Of a DNA stretch of 64,000 bases, positions 50,836-61,200 are shown in pieces (the first letter of the stretch is position 1; every line of letters begins with the position of its first letter). The position numbers and the translations under genes were made by a program. The stretch covers positions 1,206,796-1,270,795 of the forward strand of contig RDEW01000010.1 in NCBI GenBank assembly GCA_011109175.1. Direction: 5' to 3'. A model generated the notes under the pieces. It was not told the origin of the DNA. It ran no database searches and was given only the letters and a program-made list of their open reading frames with translations. The stretch comes from Dicyema japonicum. Lineage: Eukaryota > Animalia > Dicyemida.

Positions 50836-52363
50836 TTATTGGTTAATTAACTCACAGATCAAGCTCCTTAGAGCTGATACTGGCTTCCTTCGGATCGGAT
50901 TAAAGTTCAGATTTGATACCACGAGGTTATACAGCTCATCAATCATCTGGGATCAGAAACTACGCAAACTCGACAACTGCAGAGTGTATTTCTTGTTTCT
51001 GTAATCAGTGTGCTGTAATGTGCGATCGGGAACTTGCTCCCTGATATTTTCTTCGGTGGATTTTGGCGCTCTAGGAAAAAAGGAATAAAAACTTGACGTC
51101 ACTGCAGACAAGACAACAACCCACGTGACTACATTCATAGAAAATGAGTCAGCGGCCAATAAGTTGTTCCTCGAGTGATAGCCTTTGCTGAGCACTTCTG
51201 GGGCGACGTATTGCTTGTCCTCGGTGCTCTGTATGCTGTTATTGAAGTCATCAGTGGTCACAGCAAACTCCAAATCGCAGATACAATATCCGCCATCTTC
51301 CTTTTTGCGAATACATTTGGGATCTACGGGGGTGACTAGCTCGCCAACTTAGATTAAGATGCACAATCTTCATTTTGTTGATGTACTCCAAGCCCAGCAG
51401 CAGTCTTGCACGAGTCGAAAGGCCTCGGAGAGGGTTATCACTCCTTCGTCCAGAAATTTGTCCAAAATAATCGAATTCGTCGTAGAAAAAAGTGAGTACG
51501 TAGAGGTGTCGTCAGAAAAGCTAGACACGTGCTCTTTGACTTTAGATTTACGAGAACCTATAACGTTTGGATGGAGGAGACCGAATTGCTTGAACATCCT
51601 GCACTCGTTCTTCCACAAATCGTATTTTTCGTACTTAAATCTTTTCAGGAGCATTTTCTTCGGTTCCTCCATCTCCGTGTAATCATAAAACTTCCCATAT
51701 CCCCACTTATAATACCTAAAAGAACAAGATTCCTGGATCCCCCTTTAAAATACCTTGACTTTTTTATTTTTGTTGTAAAACTTCCCCTTTTCTAACTTCT
51801 TTTTAGTGATCTTCCTGAAAGTTCTGAAATTACCACAAAGGGACTTTTTGAAATGCTTCCTCTCAACCGAAAATATGAGGAATATGAAGATCGACAGAAA
51901 CATCATCGACAGGCAGATTATATAGCTGGAGTCGATGTTTTCATCTAAGAGTTGACCGACTAGTGAGACCGACGCGAATTGAGCTGAGATTGTTGTTGCA
52001 GAAATTCCAGTCATTGCAGCAGCTGAACGAATAATTTTTCAGATTATCTGGAACCGAAAAAGCACTAAACTGAGCATAAACTGACTACAGTTGATTTGGA
52101 GTTTTCGCTTTTCGGTAAGCAGCCGAAATTCCACACCTTCTTGAGCATTTTGCCGACCACAACGAGCGACTCGGAGTAACAAAACTCAGTGTTCTCACCG
52201 CCGCAAATGTTGATATTCTCCCCACATGTATTACAAAAGCAGTAGAGCTTATCGACTAGTTTCTAAAATGGAAGATTGAAACTACCGATCTTAAAATGCC
52301 GGAGTGGTAACTCATCCACCAAAAATAGTCTACATCGTCGTATTCATTATATAAGCGAAACAT
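50836..52363 (-). CDS. TGF-beta/activin receptor-like protein with degenerate kinase domain; start uncertain, two apparent indels
   Basis: Ectodomain LYCFCNTC..C..FCYS..GCL..CCNDWNFCN; TM YIICLSMMFLSIFIFLIF; kinase-like MLLKRF..LWKNECRMF..LLHPNVIG..LGLEYI..HLNLNPK..CICDLEFA..YVAPEVL..ADSFSM. Stop 50836-50838. Confidence 0.85.
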
Positions 52364-53388
52364 TAGGTAATTGGCTTCTACGTTGTTATATAACAGGAGT
52401 TTAGCTACCTTTGAATCATCAGCTAAGGTAGAGCCACGTGGGGGACGAACCTGGTGAAGACGTATCTAAAGAAGATCGAAGACTTCCATTCTACAGCTAG
52501 CAAAGCTTTACAGAAGTTCTCTGGTAGGAGATCCATTCCCTCTGAGGTTCCTGTCATGAAAACAGGCTGAGAGTTTATCTCACGTGAACACCTTTTTTAA
52601 ACGAGAACATTTTTCGTTGGAATACCTTCCACGCTGAGCGAAGGAGTCGGGAATATCCAACGGCTGTCCTCTTCTCAAATAGTTGTGATTCTTGATCTTT
52701 TAATGGAATGAATTAATGAATCTGTCTTCACTTTCTGTGTGATCCTACTGAGATTACTTATCTCCTAACTTTCTGTTAAGGAAGTGGTCATTCAGAGCAG
52801 GCATGTCAAACGGCCCCACAAAAGATTGTTACGGCCAACCACATCATTAAAAAGAGACCTGTCTTCAAATTTACAGGCCTCGGTTATGAGAGTTCTACGT
52901 GGTTAGAAGTCGTTCATAGCCTAAACCTACGCTCCCAGAACAACGATACTGTCCTACTAGGAGCTAACTTCCTCGTGTTTGGTGGATCACTGGGCGCTAA
53001 CGTCCATAACTGAAATGGTTTAATTTATTGGCTAAAATTGAAATTTTAAGAAATTTTTAAACAAGTCTTTGACGAGGATCATGTCAATGTTCGGTTCCGT
53101 GAACAGTTGTTTTCGTTTGTGAAATCAACAAAATCTTGTCAGAGAACAAGGCTGACACTCGTCAATATACATTTTCGCCAGATATACGAAAAATTGTCAT
53201 GAAAAAAACATCTCAGGACAAAACAGACTAAATAGTGAAAATTATAATCTTAAAAATGTTTAAAATTGTTATATTTGGCGTTGTGGACCGTTAGCTTAAC
53301 ATAGCGATTGCAGTGGGCTTGCAAATTATTACAAGATTACGGTGTTTCTCAGATTTGTTAGTGTGGTTTTGTATACTCAAATTATCAT

Positions 53389-53835
53389 TATTATTAACCC
53401 CAGATTACAATCTTTGGTAAGCCCAGCACAAAAAGTCATTAAAAAAAAACAAATTAATCTAAGAAAGGAACCCAGTGGAGAACATCTGCTTGTGCCGACA
53501 AAATCCATCCTCCAATAGGACATTACAGGCTTCTGCTTCAGCAGAGAAGTGGAGAAGTAGGTCCACCCTCTTACATTTTCATCACCGTCCTATCGTCTCG
53601 GACATCACTTCATTCCTCGGCAGAAGAGTTTTTTCATAATGTAATCTTCACCAGAGGATTTAGCCAGGGGGAAGGTAAGAAGATCCCTTTCAACTACTGT
53701 GTCGTAGACTCGTGGCCTCACGGGTGGGATCTGTTTGACGAAAATTGACCTTTTTCTGAAAACTTCATCTGTCGGATTCGAACCCACGCCCTTCAGGCTC
53801 GATGTCATCAGACCCGAGGTTCAGCCAAAAGGCCA
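53389..53835 (-). mobile_element. tRNA-derived SINE family 'A', full length with TSD
   Basis: A-box-like TGGCTGAACCTCGG and B box GGTTCGAATCC; 10-bp TSD AAATTATCAT at 53379-53388 and 53836-53845. Confidence 0.92.
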
Positions 53836-54219
53836 AAATTATCATATACGGCTCTGGAGTTTTTTGAGTTTGACACTCCTTATTTAGAAGAAATACGAGG
53901 ATTATGAGCTTAAAATCCTGTTGGGCCCAGAATTGAAATAAATTGGAAAGGATTATCAGTTGGAATTGCACTTGTAAAATAATAGTCAATACAATTTTAC
54001 GGATATGCTAATGACGTACTTTAGATGAGTTCTTTAGGCTAATACGGGAACGAAGATTTCTAATGATCGACCACTGACGTTGACAGATAAATTATTAGCC
54101 ACTTTCACGTCGAGTACTGGTGGTAGGAAAGAAAAAGATCTCCAACTTCTCATCAGCCAAGAGATGGAGTATGTCTACACCTTAGAAAGGGAGTCTTGGG
54201 AGTGACGATTCTAATACAC

Positions 54220-54444
54220 TGACTTCAGAAAATCTGCGTATTTTGTTGCCTACAAGGACCCTTATAGTATGGGTGGACATGAGTTCGCGTATTCTTTCAA
54301 TTTAGGCTCAGTTTTTTGCGAAATAAAGATTTCTCGGAGTGTTCTTCAGAGGTCAGCAAGGATCATATTGATGTCCCCCTGTTAGTGGATTTGAGTAGTG
54401 GGAAGGTAGGGTGGTTCGGGTCAAATGATTTTCAGAGATATTGA
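54220..54444 (+). pseudogene. Possible divergent SH3-domain exons of a disrupted gene
   Basis: YFVAYKDPY..EFAYSFNLGSVF..DLSSGKVGWFGSN; a similar GKVGW exon lies at ~62690. Confidence 0.3.
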
Positions 54445-54487
54445 GTCAATTCTTTCTAAGTCAATCTACAATGCTTATGGAATTGAC

Positions 54488-54710
54488 GAGTGACGCCGTC
54501 GACAGTGATCACTGCAAAACCGGATTCTCCAGGGACTCACCAAGCAAAAAGAAGATAAATTAAGATCACTCCTGATGTCTTGGCCTGATTCCTCGATTAA
54601 TTAGCATAACTGTCCTCTCCTCTTAAATAAAGTGTGTACTGCCTAAGAGGAGGTTTAAGTAACGGAAACGCTACTACTCCTATACGGAAGGGGTAATTTG
54701 AATTGAATTT
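54488..54710. repeat. Dispersed repeat family 'F' (second copy ~61637-61850)
   Basis: Shared AGTGACGCC..TCACTGCA.AACCGGAT..CGATTAATTA..TAACTGT..CTTAAATAA.GTGTGT.CTG..GAGGAG. Confidence 0.7.
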
Positions 54711-55869
54711 GGATTCCACTCCACAAAATGCCTGGTCTGCTGCACGCCAATAGGGCAACCTCCCAATAACATCTGCCACGTGATAGACGATTTAAAAATT
54801 CAACATTGAAAGACATGGCCTGTTTTTTTTAATTTCAGACGTCGCTAAACATGGAGCGAGCTGAGAAGACACTGTTATACTCAGATATGTTCCACGTGAA
54901 CAATGCACTTTTTTCTCAACTGATATTGAAAATAAGTGAGTTTTTTTCAAAAATGCGGATATCCTAATTGCCTCTGAGAGGAAAGCAACTATAAAAACAA
55001 ACGGAGAGGAAATTCTTAATCTGTTCACCCCATGATGTGACTGAACTTGTTGGGGAAGTGGGCTAGAAGCAGCTCAACTCACTTGAAGTCAAAAGATAAC
55101 GAATGACTTTGAAGACGAAATTCCTGTGAATTATTATTATAACCCCCGGAACACAGGAAAGAGAAAAAAGTTATTGTCTTAACTAGGAGATCCGGTTCAG
55201 TGCATCTCCCTCTGTTCCTGCTTTCTCTGGATTCTTTAAAGAATGTCCAAAAAGGAGAAGGTTTGCGTTCTGATAGGCAAGAATCTCCTCTTCAAGAGGG
55301 TTTCCAGAAGACCTTGCCATTTTTTGGAAGTTGTAAAAATCAAATTGAAAACAAAGTCCTTTAACTAGGATTGCGTGAGCGTTCCCCCTGATCACTGCCA
55401 TTTGAGCCTCTGTCTCAACCAAACTCCTTCACGGGATTGGCTTCTCTTTGAAGCGATTCTTCGTCCGATGTTGGAAAGAAAGATGTACGTCATATTTCCC
55501 ATGACTCAGAAGGTCTCCATCGTAATAGGCAGGAATTGTACCTCTGTCATGAATATGCCATATAAAAAATATCTAACCTTGATTATTCCTATTGGAAAAG
55601 TGAAATTCACCAATTTCCAATTGAACAACGCTTGTTTGGAAAATTGTCGCTAAAAATTGACATTTTAAAATGAAAACGTTGTATTTTACATAACTGTGTC
55701 GTTTAGTGGATTTTCTTTAAATTTATGTCAACCTAAAAAATGAACCCCTCTTTAGCCATATTACGTCATCCTAGTAAAATAAGTAATGATTTTTGTCCGT
55801 GTCAAAAGGATGAGGAGGTTTTACGCTCATCTATGTTCGTAACATACGTTACGTGTAGAACTGGTGAGT

Positions 55870-56080
55870 TTTATTGGCTAGGGATCATTATTAGCTACAG
55901 TGCTTAGAAAAATAAATTCGTCCACGTGTGCGGCGCCAAAAACATTTTTGTCCACTCGCCTTTTCCAACTCTCCCTGTTAAATGCGACGCTCCTCAGCAC
56001 GTCTAGATCAGTTGCCGTTGCAAGCTGCAGTTTGATGAGTGTCCAAGTTCCACCAACATTCAACGATATTCGACCCAACC
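55870..56080 (-). mobile_element. RTE-like LINE terminal fragment
   Basis: LQLATATDLDVLRSVAFNRESWKRRV. Confidence 0.6.
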
Positions 56081-56294
56081 GTCTTACTGAGTATCACGCA
56101 CTAGTTAAGTGATCCCAGCTTTTAATAATTCTCACTCTCTCCTTGAGTGGTCCCTCGGCGATCTCAACGTTTCGAATATCTGTAGAGGAACTCGATCAAA
56201 GTGCCTTCCTTCAAATCTGATCCAGATTCTTCCGCACGGATAACTTTCCCTCACAGTGGGTTTACTGGTTGCTTGTAGAAGGAACTGGGAATGT

Positions 56295-56626
56295 AAGCTT
56301 GCAATTTTTGGTAAGCCCAGCACAAACAGTCACAATTAATCCAAGGAAGGAACCCAAGGGAATGTCTGCTAGTGCGGATCAAATCCATCCTCTGATAGTC
56401 CATTACAGACTACCGCTTCAAAAGAGAGGGAGAAGTAGACTTGCCCTCTTCCATTTTCATCACACGTCCTACCGTTGTGACATCACTTCATTATTCGGGG
56501 AAGAGTTTTAATCTTCACGAGTGGATTTGGTCAAGGAGAAGGTGAAAGATCCCATTCAACTACTATGTCGTGTCAGAAAGACTCTTCTCTCCACAGGTGG
56601 GACCTGTTTGACAAAAATTGGCCTAC
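56295..56626 (-). mobile_element. SINE family 'A', copy truncated at both ends
   Basis: GTAAGCCCAGCACAAACAGTCA..GACATCACTTCATT..GGTGGGACCTGTTTGAC. Confidence 0.85.
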
Positions 56627-56689
56627 GTCACGAGGTAAACACTAATTAAAAGGAAAACGTCATCAGGTAATCCCGGCTTCTCTCAGCAA

Positions 56690-57260
56690 TATTCTCATCT
56701 TTTCACTTTGTTGCTCTCGGAAACCGTCACATTTTTGATAAAATGGCGGTTTTCCATTTTGGATGAATATTCCGCCCGACTTCCTCACAAGGACCTCGAA
56801 TGGGGTTGCTGTTATTGGTAGTCCTGTGATTCGAGAGATTGTATCAGCGGAGTCGATCTCATCCAAGTTTGTTCTGGCAAGTTTTGTCCCCCAAACCGAA
56901 TATACATATCTTATAGTTGACTCGATGGGTTTAAAACATGGAAAGTGACCGAATTGAGGATCTTTTAAATTTTGAAACGAGCACCTTTACGAAGTTAAGC
57001 TTTCGTGCCGAAGCACTGATTACGTTTAACACATGTGTGCTGAAGGTCATGAGGGTGTCAAATCTACCTCCCAGAATCTTAGCATGTTGTTTCGTGTGGG
57101 ATGAGTTCACCATTCAAAAATGTTCGGCCGAATAACTTGAGAGCCTTTTTTCGACGTAAAAAGACAATTCGAGGACTTTTCCGTAGACGTTGACATTGAA
57201 TTTCTTTTCAACCATTCATGGAGTCTCTCCAATGGCACGCCGTTTGGCAGTAATTTTGAG
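56690..57260 (-). mobile_element. LINE RT fragment
   Basis: NGVP..AKILGGRFDTLMTFSTHV..RKLNFVKVL..RITGLPITATPFEVL. Confidence 0.7.
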
Positions 57261-57360
57261 ACCGTTCAGCCAGAAGGTCTGAAATATTTTCATTTAACGC
57301 GCGTAATCCAAATTATAAATAAAAAAAATAAAAAGAAAATATTTATAATAAACATAAAAA

Positions 57361-58171
57361 TTAAATTTTGTGTTTACTACAAAATACACTGAAATTTTCT
57401 TCATTGAACCGACATTCTAATAATTACACAAAAAAGTAACTCGAATTTTTTGCACATGGAAAGTGGTAACTCTTCTTGCAGCCTTTTTTCGAACATAAAA
57501 TGGAGGCACCGATTTCATGACACGTGGAACATGTCTATTTTTATCAAACTTGATATTTACATTTTCCTGACCACGTGTTACCGCTTCTGCAACGCCAAAT
57601 ACTTTCCCGTCGTTTATGTAGATTCCATCAGTCCAAACGGCACAGTCCTCGTGGGTCCAAATCTCACAATCTTCCTTTTCTCCTTCGTAGGGACCGAAAA
57701 GATCTCCCAATTCGCTGTCTCCCTGAATCTTCCGCAAAACGCGCAGGTATCTGAGATGAGCCTTCGAGGCACACCACGTGTCGACGAAATTTCAGTCAAA
57801 CGTGAGGAAGGAAGTGGAAATTGGTTTAAGCATTCAGAATTTACAAATTCCTCATTTTGGGAGTCGATTATTCTGATAAATGGGGTCAACGGTTTCCTCC
57901 CCTTTTTGACACGTGGTTTTTGGGAAATTGACGGTTTATGTTTTTCAGGTTTGCTTTTATTTTTCGATTTCGGAATTTTCGGCTGTTTTTTGATTGCTGG
58001 CTTTTTCCTCTCTTTTTGGGCTTTTCGGGGTTTTGAGTTTTTAATGTTGGCTTTTCTGATGGGAAAATCAGGCAATCCGACATTTTCAGAAATTACGCTC
58101 AAATTGTCTGTTTTGAATGGACAAATATTATTATTGAGGATTTCACATTCAACTTGCAGGTTGCAGTTCAT
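57361..58171 (-). CDS. Small TCF20/RAI1-like extended PHD (ePHD) protein, one apparent 1-nt deletion
   Basis: CAFCG/ELGDLFGPY..WTHEDCAVWTDGIY..VFGVAEAV..CSTCHEIGASILCSKKGCKKSYHFPCA..CRFNEENFSVFCSKHK* matches the TCF20/RAI1 C-terminal ePHD; two micro-introns. Confidence 0.88.
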
Positions 58172-58320
58172 CACGTCGTCAGGAAATTCTACAATAAGTC
58201 ACCAAATGGGAAATGTAGCAGTAAGAAAGCAAATATGATTTTATTAAAATAAATAAAAATTTAAATTATTTAAAATTAACATAAAAAATTTAACATTTCG
58301 AAATTTTCTTTAGTAACAAT

Positions 58321-58400
58321 TTATTATTATTTATTGCCCCAGGATCACTCAGTTAAATGAGGAAAGATTGTCCCCACCTAACCAAGTGATCCCAGACCAA
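58321..58400 (-). mobile_element. Retroposon 3' end family 'C' (related pieces at 60846-60900 and ~56103-56120)
   Basis: Long terminal hairpin CTGGGATCACTTGGTTA..TAACTGAGTGATCCTGG followed by GG and a (TAA)n-like tail. Confidence 0.65.
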
Positions 58401-60999
58401 CAAGGGGAGGTCGAAACCGCCAGGGAGGGCATCCTAAACCACCATACAAGCATAAAGCGGATAATTTGACTAAAGCGTAGCACTAGCGATTAAGCAAGCA
58501 ATAGCGAATACAAGGGGCAATTTAAACAAAACGCAGCAGAAAATTAAATTGGAAAATATTTGAAAAAATAATTTAATTAATAAAAATATTGTCAGTTTAT
58601 TGGAAGCTACTACTATTACGAAAGGAAATATTAGCCAACAGCCCACCTTAATCGTTAATTCCAACAAAAGTAAACAACAAATAAATAATTTAAAATTAAT
58701 TTGAATAAATATGGTTCATCAATTATTATTGGCAAAATTAACAGCTCACCTAATTTGGCTTTAATGAAAGTGATATTTATTTAAATTTTTTAATTAAAAT
58801 TATTTTTGCGAATTTAATTTTTTATTATTAAAATATGCAAAAAAGGAATTTTCTAGGGGCATTTTGACTGATTTTTGGAATTTATTCAAATAATAATAAG
58901 CACTTCCTCGTGGGCCTTAGTACTTGGGGCCATAGATGGAGGAACACAGACGTGGGAACTGGAGACTGCTAATTGTGGGGACTAGGATCACCTACGTGTT
59001 TGACTATAATGTGTCTTGTTCTCTCGGTGACCACATGATTCTAAATAAATAACAATAGCACCTGTACCCCCGCAGGTACACCCAAGACGCAATGTAATTC
59101 TCTTCCAGGATCCTTGATTGTCAGTCAGTGATCTCATGGAATTCAGGACGACTACGGTTTCAACTTCTTTTTCAGTGTTTAAGCCATATTTAGTGAAACT
59201 GGCAGAATATTTTTACGGCTTATATTCTTGGTCATGTCTAAGAGGTTCATATCTCCAATTTTCCCCGAACCACCAGGACTTGACGAAGATACTCCGCAGA
59301 TCTCCTACGTGCTAGCCAAGTGGGGTTACTAACTTAGTGATTTCTGACTCAAATTCCAAGTATTTATCTTCCAAATGGAATCTCCCAATGATCCCGCTTC
59401 AATGCATTTCTATGTCACGTGCAATGATTTAAGAAGTAAATTCAATATTGTCGATATGGGTGGACAATTTAGTTTTCCTATGCACAAGTCAAATGTGACT
59501 ACGGGAATATTACAGTCGCTATAGCCACTCCTGGATCTTCTAGACTGAGTTTGCTACTGAAAAATGCATGAAAATTGACATTTATGCCAAAAATTGGCAG
59601 AAATACCCAAAATGATGCAATGAGCTAGGGTTTCTACTGTTTTGGTCTTTCGATACGAAAAATGTATTCAAATCACAAATCCTAATGGTTGAGATGTCTT
59701 ACTTTGACCTTCTCTGACTCCCCCACTTCTCTCGTTCTACTAGAGTAGCTCATGTGGTCCATCTGTCTCCGCGACATCCAATGCCATGAAGGTTCTAAAA
59801 TAGATCATTTTTTCACCCCACTTCATTGGAGGGGTTTCCTCAACTTCAAGAACTGGATGTTTTATTCCCTCCCCCGATTTTGGGCAGACTTGTGGGTGAC
59901 AATTGAAGGTCTCTACAATCGCAGAAACTTAACTGTGACTTCTTAGTGTAGGCCAAGTGGATAAATAAAAATTGATCGACATAAGGTAAATCAGATGATC
60001 TCCCAATTTGACCGTTTATCTAGGAAAATCAGGGGGTTCTAAGCATGTTCATACAGTACAGGTCTTACAAAATTTAAAAAATAGAAGAAAAAAATTTAAG
60101 AATCAAAATTAATATTAAAGTCCTTAATTAACGTTTCTCCTTCTTCGAGTAGTGCTTTTTAAATTTTGGGCCCCAAATGAGTCTCCCCAAAAAATTGAAT
60201 AACTTCCATTTAAACTTCATTTAACGTGAATTTATAAATCTGTCTTTTATAGTAAAATAAACGTGTGATGCTATTTTAGTAAGACACGTCTTTATTAAAA
60301 TAATTGTTATTCCCTCTAAAATTGCATAATCCTGCTATTTTTGTAATTATTTGCATAAATCGCATTATAAATTACTAAATTTATGTGTCTGTATTGACTG
60401 TCGGAATTCATGTTGTTTAGTAATTTTGACTTTTGAAAACTTCCTGTACAGCTATCCTGTAAAATTGGAGTCCCTCGGACTTGTCTGCACCGACAAAGGT
60501 ATGACGAGACGACTCTTTCCTGTGGAAGTGTGGGAAATGACTGGTTTAGACACCACTTGTGCCGATTACTTCTTTCTACCTTCCTGCTGACAGTTACTAA
60601 TCCAAGAACACCCTCAATGAGGATCGAAACTGTTAAAGAGAAAAATACGAGATTCTTCTCTTCAAGACTGTCTCAGCCAATTCTGAGGATTTTTGGATCC
60701 AACTCGCTATCCTTCATACGTCCGTCGGATCGGATAGTAAAATGGGGTGGATAGCATAGAAAGAGTTGCTACCAGCCAATGATAGTTTTTTGTCCTCAAT
60801 AAATCGACTGCATATAATCTGAAGGAGCGAGTCTTAAGATTTCATTTTATTCCCCCAGGATCACTGATTATAAGAGAAAGGAATTTCCTCACCCAACTTA
60901 ATTATAAAAAATTGGTTAACCTAAAATTCCTAACTTTTTTTGGTTGAGGTGATAACGAGCCTGCTTGCAAAAATGTATTTTTTCACGTTTGATATCTAC

Positions 61000-61200
61000 C
61001 AGCTCGTTCTCTATTGGCACCCTAAATGTCAGAAGACTCAATCCTGTGCATAAAAAAACTTCAGATCGACGAGACCTTGAACGATGCAAGCTATCCACAT
61101 GTTGCCTACAGAAGACGAAAATAGCAGATAACGGAACATTGCAACTTGTAATTACTGCCTAATTACCCTCCGGACAACCTGTCGTCACTGTGGACTATAT
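61000..61200 (+). mobile_element. LINE APE N-terminal fragment
   Basis: FSIGTLNVRRL..CCLQKTK. Confidence 0.6.

Noticed and set aside
53765-53835. tRNA gene
   Set aside because: A and B boxes are present but there is no acceptor stem; it is the head of a repeated, TSD-flanked SINE.
57450-58238. 262-aa plus-strand ORF
   Set aside because: Antisense shadow of the Lys-rich ePHD gene.
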